From Cenococcum geophilum (lineage: Eukaryota), in assembly GCA_050273025.1 (NCBI GenBank), contig CP158635.1, forward strand, positions 2,108,001 to 2,172,000: a stretch of 64,000 nucleotides of DNA. Direction: 5' to 3'. A program made the translations under genes and the position numbers. Under the pieces are notes generated by a model that was given only the letters and a program-made list of their open reading frames with translations, was not told where the DNA came from and searched no databases. This document shows positions 49,801-61,700 of this stretch, piece after piece; positions within the stretch are counted from its first letter, which is position 1; every line of letters starts with the position of its first letter.

Positions 49801-52649
49801 TAAGGCTATTTATAAGGTAATAAAGGAGGTATAATATCTCTACGCTATATGCTAGGTTAATAACGTACTAGGAATAAGAAATAGCCTAAATACCTTAACT
49901 ACGCTTAATCTGCCACTTTAGTCTAAGGTACACGTATAGCGTAAAAAGGGAAGATAGTTAGGCCTATATTAACTTATTATAATTAATAGTTAAACTTATA
50001 CTATTTAAATGCCTTACGGACCCACTTAATTCCGTTTAACTATTATTAAGCCTTACTATAAAGATAATAGTTTTAAGCCTTTGCAGGACGCTATAGAAGA
50101 TACCTTAAAAAAGAGCCATAATTAACGTGCTCTAAAAGGCGACCATAATTCTAATATAATTATAGTAGATATACTATAACTATAACGCGCCTAAAGGGAT
50201 TACGAAATTACTAACACCTTATTAATTTTAAAAAGTAATTCGTTACCGCCATTAAGAATAGAATTAAGTTATTAATAACCTTTATAACAGCTAAAGAGAA
50301 GGCTAACTTTAAGCTCGTAAAACAGCTTTAAAAGGAAGGTTGTATTATAACTCTAAGAGCTCCTTTCTAAGTATCTAATAAGTAGGAGATTAATGGTCTT
50401 ATTATAAGAGGAGTCTTTAAATTCAAGAAGTATGACCCTACTAAATTCGGTAGAGTTTGCATCTTTAAGTTAAAAATAGTTAACGAGATTAAGGGCAAAG
50501 CTACTAACGCCCCATTTAAGAAATTAAGGCTTATTATTTAAGGTTATAACAATAATAGTAAGGAGGTAATTCTTACGCAATCTCTTATAATTTAACGAGC
50601 TAGTTAGCAAGTTATTATTATACTAGCTCCCTCCCTAATAAAGAATAGAATGGCGGTCTATCTATAAGATATTACTTAGGCCTATACCTAATTAGAGATG
50701 CACCTTTAGCGCTTAATATTAGCATACCTTCTAGAGTAAATTCGCTACCAATATCCTAAAGATATAATTATAGTTATACTTAAGCCATTGTATAGAATTA
50801 TAAAGGCAGGAATTTACTAATAGGCTACCTATAGCAAGCACTATAAAGAGAAGCTTTTAATAACTACTTCTACATTTAATCCCTACTTCCTTATTATAAC
50901 TACAGGAATTCTATTTAGAATTATTGGCATATAAACTAATAATATAATTATCTTAAAAGACGACCAATTCTTAGCTCTTAAAGAGGATAAGCTAGTAAAG
51001 GCAAATCTTATAGTAAAGCTAAAGGAAAAGCTTAATTTAATAAATATATCCTCTCTCTAAACGAGGATTCTATTACTTTACGCCAGAAGGGTTAAGATAA
51101 GAAGATTGATATTATTAACGTTAACTCTCTAAAATAAGGATATATGGAGTAACGCGCTTATAGAGCTTATATTACTTCTATCTATTAACCTAAGGCTTTA
51201 TTTAATCTCTCTATTACTACCTAATACTAGAAACTAACTAAGGATAACGTCCTTACCTTAAATAAGCGTCTTTTCTAGTAAATAAACCATCTTAATTGGG
51301 GACTACTCTACGTACCTATTAATCTTCCTACCGCTAAGCTCTTTATATTTATTAATAGATTATTTATAAATAATAAAGATTTTAGCTCCTAGCTAGGATA
51401 TAAGATTATTATCGCAAACGAATCTACTAGAAAAAATAACTTTATAATCTATAGTAATCTTATCTATTAGAGCTTAACTAAAAGTAAGCGTATTACTTGG
51501 AGCGTTCTAACGTTAGAGATATATAAAATGGTTAGCGGAGTTAATATAGTAATTGCAATTAGAACTACCCTAAAGATAATTATAGATTAACTCAAACTTC
51601 CTATTATCCCCATAATTATATACACCAACTTATATTCCCTCTATAAGTGTTTAGTTAAGCTTAGTACTACAAAAGAAAAGCGCCTTATAATTAATATTAT
51701 AGCACTTTAGCAATCCTATAAGCGTTAAGAACTCTTTAAGATTTAATAGATTAATGGCCAAAATAACCTAGTAGATATAATAACGAAGGCGAACCCAAAC
51801 AAGGCACTAGAGACGTTTATTAATATAAATACTCTACGTATACGAGTTAAAGGTTAGGTTAAAAGGGAGTCCCTAGAAATTTCTTAGTTATGTAAGGTCT
51901 TAAGATATTTAGGAACTTTAACCGGCGGTTAAAGTTATCTAATTAGTTAGATTCTCTTACTAAGACTTTTTCTCTAGAGGGGGGAGTATAATATTCTATA
52001 GACCCTGACTTAACCCAGCTAATTAGGATTTTCTATCCCCGGGATGGAAAATCGCTATTAGCTTGCTTACCGCTAGCGCCTTAGCGGCCCTACTAATAAA
52101 ATACCTATTTATAACTTATAAACAAGAAAGCACCATATACTAAGAGGCAAATTTTAAGATAGCGAGACTTATGTTACAATGGCAATAGTAAGTAAGGAGG
52201 ATTAATATTTGTTCCGCTAGTTAAGCGGTATCTATATATAAATGGCAACTATAAAAGAAGAATTGCTAGTGTTGGGAATAAAGGCAAGTGGTTACTATAT
52301 AAGGTATATTGCCGTTATATACGGCAAGTTACCGTTACGTGTCGCCGCGGCACTAGCGTGGCGAGGAGCCTTAAGCTCCTCGCCCTCCCTTATAGAAGAT
52401 ATACAGAATTAATTATCATACTATCTACGAACTATAGCTACGTGATATCACCTTATATAACCAATAATAGTACTAAGTTAGAGCGACTTATAAAGAAATA
52501 GAGAAAGGTTTAAGTTATATATTAAAGAGATACTATAAGTATAGTAAAAAACTATAAAGCCTAGAAAGTAAAAAGCTGTTAAAATATATAGTATAGGACT
52601 ATAAAATAGAGTTAGAACTAGAAATAAGTCTAAAGTTCTGTCTAATCTA

Positions 52650-52790
52650 TCCCTTATAACGTTAGGGTACTTAGAGTAAGTGGTCCGTGCGGGAACACCA
52701 CTTATTTCTGAGTACGGGCACTAAATTCAGCTAATCTTATTAGTTAGTTCTTATCGATAACCTAAGGACCCGAATTGACGTTGCAAGGGA
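52650..52790. mobile_element. 141-bp TA-targeting MITE with an internal hairpin, inserted in Gypsy A pol
   Basis: TIR TCCCTTATAACGTTA / TGACGTTGCAAGGGA (differences are RIP-type). TA TSD at 52648-52649 and 52791-52792. Absent at the homologous site in B1 (about 42965). Confidence 0.88.
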
Positions 52791-54303
52791 TAAGCTAACT
52801 AAAGAAGAGTTAAAAGTACTTAAGGAGTTTATCTAGAAAAACTTATAAAAAGGATATATTAGACTATTATAGTTATTAGTAGGATATCTAGTATTATTTA
52901 TACTAAAAAAGAATAGAAAGCTTAGGCTGTATATTAATTATAGATAGTTAAATAGCATTATAAAAAAGGATACGTATTCTTTACCCTTAATTAGTAAAAT
53001 CTAAATAGGATAGGTAATACGCAAATATTTATAAAGATAGATTTAAATTAGGCGTACTATTAGATTAGAATTAAGAAAGGCAATAAATAGAAGGCAACCT
53101 TTAGGCTAAAGGAAGGACTATATAAGCTATTAGTTATATAATTTAGACTTATAAATACACTAGTAACGTTTTAGAAATAAAATAATAATATATTAGGAGA
53201 ACACTTAGATAAGTTTATTATAATATACCTTAATAATATTATTATCTACTTAATAACTAAGAAAGAATACGGGGAATACGTTAAATAGGTCTTAAGAAAA
53301 CTATAAGAAGAATAAATACTAGTAGTAATTAAGAAATACGAGTTCTTTATACAGAAGACCAATTTTATTAAATTTATTATTAAATTAGGTTATATTAGTA
53401 TAGACCTAAAGAAAATAGAAACTATAGTAAGTTAGTAAGAACTAAAGAATGTAATATAGTTAAGATTATTCCTAGGGTTTTATAACTACTATAGGAAATT
53501 TATAGTATAATAGTTAAAAAGTATTAAACCATTTATAAGACTTATAAAGAAAGAGAAACTATAGGTATAGGAAAATAAGCAAAAGAAGCTATTTAAGGAA
53601 CTTAAAGAATTATTTACCTAGGAGCTAATTTTTAAAATCTATTAACTAGGGTTAGAAATAGTTATAGAAACTAATATATTAGACTTTATACTAGAAGTAT
53701 ATTTACTATAAAAGTACGGGAATATATAGTATCTAGTAGCATATTATAGTTAAAAGATAATACTACCGGAACTAAACTATAACATCTATAATAAGGAGTT
53801 ATTAGGTATAGTTATAGTACTTAAAGAATAGAGAGAATTCTTATAAGGTATAAATAAACCATTTATAGTTAAAATGGATTATAAGAACCTAATAGGGTTT
53901 TTAATAATAAAAGAACTTAATTAGAGATAGGTTAAATAGGTAGAAATACTTACGGAGTACTATTTTAAGATTTAGTATACTAAAGGAACTAAAAATATAG
54001 GGGCTAACGCGCTAAGTAGGAAAGCTAAACTATAAAATAATAAGAAACTATTGGGAGCAATATTACGTAAAGATAAAGATAGATTAATTGGATATAATTA
54101 CCCTAAAATTATAGCAAGCTAAAAACACAAGTTACTGGAAAGCAATTAAACTAAAAAAATCTAAGAAGTATAAACTAAGGATATAGATATAGAGAAGTAA
54201 TATACGTATCTAAATTAATTATAAAAGAATTTATTAAAAATTTTTATAAGGGAATAATATAAGGACATAATAGAGCCACGGGCTTAGTATTAAGACTTTA
54301 AAA

Positions 54304-55085
54304 TTTTTTTTATCCATTGTATTATACTACGTACAATACTACGCATGCAGCCTTGGGCTATGGCGCTATAGTTCTATATATATAAATCCTTTCTAGGCAG
54401 CTTAATATATACTAGTAGCTATGTCCTAGTAGTTTATAAACCCCTAAATTAGGAGTTTATAGTTTCCTAGTAAAATACTAAGATACTACAACTACTAGGG
54501 AATAAGAAAATAGTAGGAAAAACTATAAGAAATCCTAACCCCTATCCCTATCCTTTTGCAATTTATTTCTGTCCTTTTGCTCTCTAATATCTTTTTAAGA
54601 GCCTAGTAGGAGTTGCCTCCTTCTAGAATCCTATCTGTTTTTATTCTTCCATAGAATCTTCTTCGCGTACTAGTTTAGCAGCTTTAAGAGTCTCGCAGTC
54701 TTTACTATTAGCAAAGTGTTTTTCTTTACAATTAATGCAAAGAGGGGTGGCATGCTGGCAAGGCTTGCCTATTATTATACAGGTAGAACAGGAATGGTCT
54801 TTAGATAAATATGCAGCCGCACAGTATCTGCAGGCCCTAGTAGAGCACCTATCTCCTATATGGCCAAATTTTTGGCAGCTCGTACACTGTGTAGTAGGAG
54901 AGACTTTGAGGTATTTTACTACCTTAGTAGCTGTACCTGCAATTGATATCTCTTTTTACTTAAGGATTTCTTGTCTTTTTTCTTCGTTCTCTATAGTAAA
55001 AACTATAGAGCCAAATCTGGTTTGTGGATCGTGTCTTTTTACACTAGATAAGATCTATTTAGGTAGTCCTTATATCCTTATAGGA
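54304..55085 (-). mobile_element. 5'-truncated LINE-like element: ORF1 zinc-knuckle C-terminus, short 3' region and poly(A)
   Basis: Minus strand reads TQCTSCQKFGHIGDRCSTRACRYCAAAYLSKDHSCSTC...CQHATPLCINCKEKHFANSKDC...MEE* (stop at 54643-54641). A T-run at 54304-54311 is the poly(A) on the minus strand. It interrupts the Gypsy A integrase. Confidence 0.8.
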
Positions 55086-56289
55086 AAAAGAATATATTAT
55101 TAATAGAATCTAGAGCTTAGTAAGAGAAACTATAAAGGAATATTTAGATTGCTAAAGGAATAAACTAAGAAGGCATAAGCTATATAAAGGGCTATAACCT
55201 ATTAAGACACTAAAACGTCTATAGGAGATAATATTATAAGACTTTATTATAAAGTTACTAAAGTTAAAAGATTTTATTACTGGATAGGAATATAACGCGA
55301 TTCTAGTAATAGTAGATAAGTTAATTAAGTAGGGCTGCTTTATAGTATATATAAAAGAAATCTTAGTAGAAGATATAGCTAGAATCTATATTAAAGAAGT
55401 ATTTATAAAATACGGAGCATTAAGTAAGATTATATCGGATAGGGATTTAAGATTTATAGTAGTGTTTTAGAAGGTATTCTTAGCGAAATAAGGGGTTTAC
55501 GCAGTAATATTAATAGTATATTATCTATAGATAGACAAATAAATAGAAAGGTTAAATTAGACGCTAGAATAGTATCTAAGATATTATATTAATTACGTAT
55601 AGAATAATTAGGTATTACTATTACTAGTTATATAGTTTACGTATAACGTAACACTATCAGAAGGTATAAGGATATTACTATTTTAGGCAAATTACAGGTA
55701 TAAGCCTAGAATATTATTATTACTATAATAAGTAAAGAAAATAAGTAGTATAGCTAAAGAAAGAATAAAGACGTTAATAAATCTTTATATAGACCTTATG
55801 GAATTAATAAAGGCAGTATAAAAAAGAATAAAAAATTACTATAATATTAAGAGATCTAAGGGACTAGATCTAAAGGAGGGGGATAAAGTATAGCTATTAT
55901 ATAAAAAATTTATAAGTTAATAACTAAGTAAGAAGCTAGATTATATTAGACTAGGACTATTTAAAATTATAGCTAAGATTTTAAAAGTTACGTATAGACT
56001 TAACTTACTAGTAAGAATAAAAATCTACCCTATATAATATATCGCGATACTAGAGCTAGTATATAAAGATATAAAGCTACTAGTTTATAAAGTAGATATA
56101 TATAGAGAATAAGAGGAAGACAAATAGTAAGTTTTAAAGATTATTAATTATAAGGATATTAATAATAAAATATAGGATAAAGTAAAGTAGATAGGCTATA
56201 ATAAGACTACCTAAGAACTACTATAGAACCTAAGAAATGCTATAGAAAAGGTATAGAAGTATTAAAAGAGAATAGGTTAGGTAATATGA

Positions 56290-57065
56290 AGAAGGAGCTA
56301 AAGATAAAAGAATTAGTTAAAGGTAATAGATAAGTTAGGTTATCTAAGGGATCTACTATTAGTATACTAGTTATTTCCACCCTAACTTAATTAGAATTCT
56401 TTTTAGCCTCCTTAGCCTTAAGCTTAGAGAAACCTTACTTAATAAGATATAACTCTTTAGAGCACACCTTCTTATAAACTTTTACTAGATAAAATAACTA
56501 TATATAAGTATCTAGTTAAGCTTTTAGAGCCTAAGACGCTTTATTAAAATAATGCTAAACCTTAATAAGAGCCTTAACTAGTTTACTTTCTAGTTTTTTA
56601 GCTACTACTAATACATAAAACCCTAAGTGTGAGGCAGTATTGCTAGGGTGTATAGTAGGGAGCAGGAAAGCCGAGCATGAGTTATATAGGGAGTTGATAG
56701 AAGAGGACGATATAGTAATAAGGGTAGGTAATAGCCTAAGTACAGAGACAAACCGATAAGGAGGGAAGGGCCAAAATAACCCTTATATTAAGGCAAATTA
56801 AATAAGGAATAAGACAATTATATAAAATTACAAGACGCGTATATTTAGCGTTAGAGATGGATTAAATATTATAGGACGATTATATATTCGCTTATATATA
56901 TTTAGTATAAGAAGAAGGTTAGTGACTAGATAAAGCCACGATTATAATATATACTAACTTCTTCTCTATATACCAAGAATAGGACGGTATAACTTTACTA
57001 AGTAAAAGAATAAATATTACTAGCTAATTATAACGATTAGACATAGAGGATCTAATAAAAGGCAT
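56290..57065 (-). pseudogene. Antisense accessory gene of Gypsy A (homologue of the B1/B3 gene), RIPed, with a solo LTR at its intron acceptor; 3' end approximate
   Basis: Intact ATG at 57065. De-RIPed MPS(C)SR(C)AEKKLV(C)...RQPSS(C)AE(C)T.AN.RSS(C)DVRSISDAE|W, and exon 2 with KV.KKV.S.E..LI.QG..EL. Confidence 0.65.
56628..56787. mobile_element. 160-bp solo LTR of another family
   Basis: Starts TGTGAGG and ends CCTTATA (RIPed CCTCACA). 5-bp TSD CTAAG / TTAAG at 56623-56627 and 56788-56792. Absent in B1 and B3. Confidence 0.8.
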
Positions 57066-57173
57066 TAAGAATAGTAAGAGTTGTTAAATTAAAAACGGGA
57101 ATGCTATACCTTTAATAGACGACTTAGAGATAGGAGATATTTTTAAGGATAAAGATAAAGAAGAAGGGGATAG

Positions 57174-57565
57174 TGTTATAGACCTTATATCGGCAGTAAT
57201 ATAACTACTAAAAAGAGATATAAATAGGTTAGTTAAGATAGTATAGGAGGCGCTAAAACCGATTAAGCTATAAATTAAGGGGTAGCCGAGTTATATAGCT
57301 AGTTATGTTATAAGTTTAGAATATAAGAATATAGAAATATAGGAACGCGATATACCAACGTACTAATATACTAATATACTTAGTATATTTCTTAGGCGCA
57401 GTATTATATACTTAAAGGACTATAGTCCCTACCTAGATAGTTTTCTTCTTTATAGTAAATCTTAGAATATAATTAAAGTTAATCTATTAGGTAACTATTC
57501 CACTAATTATATTATTGTTATTAACTATTCTATACCTATATACCCGGCCTATTAATAAGTCTACT
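57174..57565 (+). repeat. 3' LTR of Gypsy A (interrupted near its end by B2)
   Basis: TGTTATAGACC start after the polypurine tract; colinear with about 32916-33275. Confidence 0.85.
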
Positions 57566-58767
57566 TATTACGGACGCTTTAAGTACAATATTATAGCTAC
57601 TTAAAGAAGAGTTGGAAGAAGCTAGTTAGTTAATATAAGTACGGTCTAGAATAGAGCCGATAGAGCTATATAACGAGGAATAGTAACTAAGATTACGTAA
57701 CGTGATCTATGTAATTTATATAATCTATATAATCCGTAATAGAGTAGATAGAGTACACATATATTATATATAAGAAGGATTTTATAGAAGTATAGTTATG
57801 TATTTAAGGACCCTTAATCCCTACCTAGATAGTTCCTTCCTAGTAGTAATTCTAGAATACAATTAGAGTTAATCTATTAGGTAACTACTCCACTAGTTAT
57901 TATTACGTTATTAACTTTAATTTATATTACCTATATACCTAGCCCATTAATAAGCCTACCGTAGTTCCTACTATAAGGTTTTATTATATAATCACTACCT
58001 GGTTATAGTATTAAATATAAAAAGTTAAACAATATGCCACTAAAAGCAGCCACTATAACGCTATTAACGGCGGCAATTATATCGAGATTAGGTAATGACA
58101 CTAGTATAGCAGACACTAACTTATAGCAACCTATAATGGTCGGACAGCTATAAGAAATAGTTGACTAGCTAATAGAAAATAATGCGATATTAGAAAATAG
58201 GATTAATAGGATAGGAGCAGCAAAGATTAAGTTACTATTAATTGAAAGGTACTTAGGGGAAAGATTAAAACTTAAAGGATTCCTTATATAAATGTACTTT
58301 AAGGTTATATAGGAAGGAGTAAAGCTGCTAATACCTATAGATCGAATAGTATATATAGGACTATTCCTATTAAAAAGAGTATTTAAATAGTTTAAGCTTT
58401 ATCTTACGGAGATATAAGCGAATGGAATAATAACTATTAATTAAGAAGTATAATTTATATTTGTAAGTTAGGAAGGGTTTATAGAGCAACTTATATAGAT
58501 ATTTAGAGACCTAAAGGTAACAACTATAGCGGAAAGAAAACTCTAGGATATTACGTAATAAACCTTAGCAATTAAGTATATAACGTAATTCCAGACATTA
58601 GCAATATAAGTTAAGTGGAATAATAGGGCGCTTATAGTATAGTATAAATAAGGGGACTTAAGGCTAAAGTTTAGGATATAATTATCCTAATGGAAGATAC
58701 GGAAACCCTATAGGAGTTAATAGATTAAGCGATTAAGATTAATAATTAGATCTATTAAAGGGAATAG
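57566..58767 (+). mobile_element. Gypsy family B copy B2: 5' LTR (57566-57988) plus start of gag, interrupted by B3
   Basis: LTR colinear with the B1 LTRs; gag ATGCCACTAAAAGCAGCC near 58034. Confidence 0.88.
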
Positions 58768-61700
58768 TGTAACAGAACCTTGTAGCAAGAACTACAATGG
58801 GCTCGTTATTGGGCTAGGTATGTAGGAAATGCAAGTATAAAAGTCAACAACGTACTAATAACTGGTGGAGTGGTTGCCTAATAGATTAACTTTAATTGTA
58901 TTCTAAGAATCACTATAAGAAAGGAACTATCTAGGTAGGGACTAAGGGTCCTTAAATATATAACCGTACTCCTATAAAATCCTTCTTGTATATAATATAC
59001 GTATACTTTATCTAATCTATTATAGATCCTATAGATCACGTAGATTACATAAATTATATTATATAACCTCGGTTACCATTCCTCGTTATATAGTTCTATT
59101 GGCTCTATCTTAGACTATGCCTATATTAACTAACTAGCTTCTTCTATCTCTTCTCTAAGTAGTTATAATATTGTACTTAAAGCGTCCGTAATACTATCTC
59201 CCTCCTCTTTATCTTTATCCTTAAAGATTTAAAATATCTCTAAGTTATTTACTAGAGGTATAATATCCGTCTAATTAATTTAGTTAATATTATTACTTAT
59301 TATACCTAAAGCAATTTCTTTTTCCTTAACTGCTCGTTATGCTCGCACTATTACTGCGATATTATCTCTTAGTAAGATTATACCGTCTCCATATTCTTGT
59401 TATTTAAAAAAGGGGTTAGTTTATATTGTGTTAGTAAACCCATCTTTATAATAACCGTTCTCTTACTTAAAGTGTACTAAAGCGAATATTTGTTTATCCT
59501 ATAACGTTTACTCCACTTCTAATACTAAATATACGCAACCTATTACTCTTAATAGTTGTCTAGTTCCCTAATTGATTTATCTTAGGGTTTTATATTTAAT
59601 CTACTACTACGCGGCTAGATAATAAACTGTCTATTACTCTTACTAAATTGTAATAATCTTAGGACGCTAAATAGGAGGCTGCCGATACTTAGTAGCGAGC
59701 TCTTAAGTCTCGTTTAGCGGCGTCCGCTTAGCTAATCCGTCTTAAAAAGGTGCGTAAGAAGGTTTATTTTAAGGAGTAAAAACTTATAAAATAAGGTTTG
59801 TAGAAACTAGGTAATAAAAAAACGGATTCTCCTCTAATAGAGAAGGAAATAGATCTAAGTAGTTCGGTAACTACTCTTCTTAGGTCCCCCTTAGGTAATT
59901 TATTCTTTAGTAATCCTTTTTTATTAATACTGCCTAACCTAATCTCTTCTAATACTTCTATACCTTTCTTATAGCATTCTTTAAATTCTTTAGTAGCTTT
60001 TAGGTAGTCTTAGTGTAGCCTATCCACTTAACCTTATATTATATTTTGTTGTTAATGTCCTTATAACTAACGATCTTTAAAACTTATTATTTGTCTTTTT
60101 CTTATTCTCTATACGTGTCTGCTTTATAGACTGGTGGCTTAATATTCCTATATACTAGCTCTAGTATTGCGATATACTATATAGGGTAGATTTTTATTTT
60201 AGCTAGTAGGTTTAACTTAAATATAACTAATAAAATCTTTTGCGTAATTTTAAAAGGTCCTAGTCTAACATAGTTTAATTTCTTACTTAGTTATTAACTC
60301 TTAAAATTTTTGTATAGTAGCTATACTTTATCTCCCTCCTTAAGATCTAGTCCCTTAGATCTCTTTGCATTATAGTACTTTTTTATTCTCTCTTATACTT
60401 TCTTTACTAATTTTATAAGGTTTACATAAAGATTTATTAACGTCTTTATTTTTTCTTTAGCTATACTACTCGTTTTCTTTACTTACTATGGTAATAATAA
60501 TGTCCTTAGCTTATATCCGTAATTTACCTTAAATAGTAATATGCCTATTCCTTCTTAAGGTGTTATATTATATATAAACTATATAACTAGTAATAACGAT
60601 ACCTAATTGTTCTATATATAATTAATATAATACCTTAGATACTATTCTAGTATCTAATTTAGTCTTTCTATTTAACCGTCTGTCTATAGATAATATGCGG
60701 TGGAAGTTACTGCTTAAACTCCTTACTCCGCTAAAAATACTTCCTAAAATGCTACTATAAATCTTAGATCTCTATCTAATATAATCTTACTTAGTACTCT
60801 ATGTCTTATAAACACTTCTTTAACGTAAATTCTAGTAATATCTTCCACTAAGATTTCTTCTATATATGCTATAAAGTATCCCCACTTTATAAGCTTATCC
60901 ACTATTACTAAAATCGCGTTATAATCTTGTCCGGTAATAGAATCTTTTAACTTTAGTAACTTAATAATAAAGTCCTATAATATAACCTCCTATAGTCTTT
61001 CTGGTATTTTAATAGGTTATAGCCCTCTATATAGCTTATACCTTATTAGTTTATTCCTTTAGTAATCTAGATATTCCTTTATAACTTTTCTAGCTATACT
61101 CTAAATTCCGTTAATAATGTACTCCTCTTAGAGTCTTAATACTAAGCTTATAGCTCTATTATGTCCTTAAGTTAATCCCTTATAAAAGTCTTCTATAAAC
61201 TACTCTGCTATGCTTTTTAGGATATACCTTACTTTTTAATTTTTATATATATCCGTTTGTGGATCTTCTAGCTATACTTTTAGAATTCTCTATGCCTAAA
61301 AGCTTTTTAGTATCTTGTAGACTTTCTCTAGTTTATTATTTTCTCGAGTTACTGCAATTTTTAGATAATTATACCTAATTAATTCGTCTATATTTTTTTG
61401 TAATAAAGCCCCTAATAGCTTTTCCTTATTTTATAGTTTAGCTTTACGGCTTAGAGCATCTACCTATATATTATCTGTACCTTTAGTATACTAAATCTTA
61501 AAATAATATTCTGTAAGTATCTCTACCTATCTAACCTATCTTTAGTTAAGTTCCTTTATTATTAGGAATCCTATTAGGTTCTTATAATCTATCTTAACTA
61601 TAAATGGTTTCTCTATACCTTATAAAAATGCTCTTTATTCCTTTAATGCTGTAACTATACCTAATAACTCCTTATTATAGATGTTATAGTTTAACTTTAG

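Larger units (their letters stand above)
38467..52466 (+). mobile_element. Ty1/Copia LTR retrotransposon (about 6.0 kb without its insert), RIPed, inserted in Gypsy A pol
   Basis: LTRs 38467-38683 and 52270-52466 (TGTTGGGAAT...AACA/AATA). TSD ATAGT at 38462-38466 and 52467-52471. Integrase (RFGH.S, KEVPV.., ERYYAPL) precedes RT (RLIIQGY, KPLY) and RNase H (TTKEKRL) in Copia order. Confidence 0.92.
32916..57565 (+). mobile_element. Ty3/Gypsy chromovirus family A (host of multiple nested insertions; 3' LTR interrupted at 57566)
   Basis: LTRs at 32916-33303 and from 57174. gag ATG at 33343, protease about 38100-38420, RT/RNase H about 52800-54000, integrase about 54250-55900, chromodomain about 56100-56270, and polypurine tract AAAGAAGAAGGGGATAG before the 3' LTR. 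The sequence rejoins colinearly with family B across each insertion. Confidence 0.9.

Noticed and set aside
54735..55103. 122-aa plus-strand ORF in the track
   Set aside because: It is the antisense shadow of the LINE ORF1 zinc-knuckle region.
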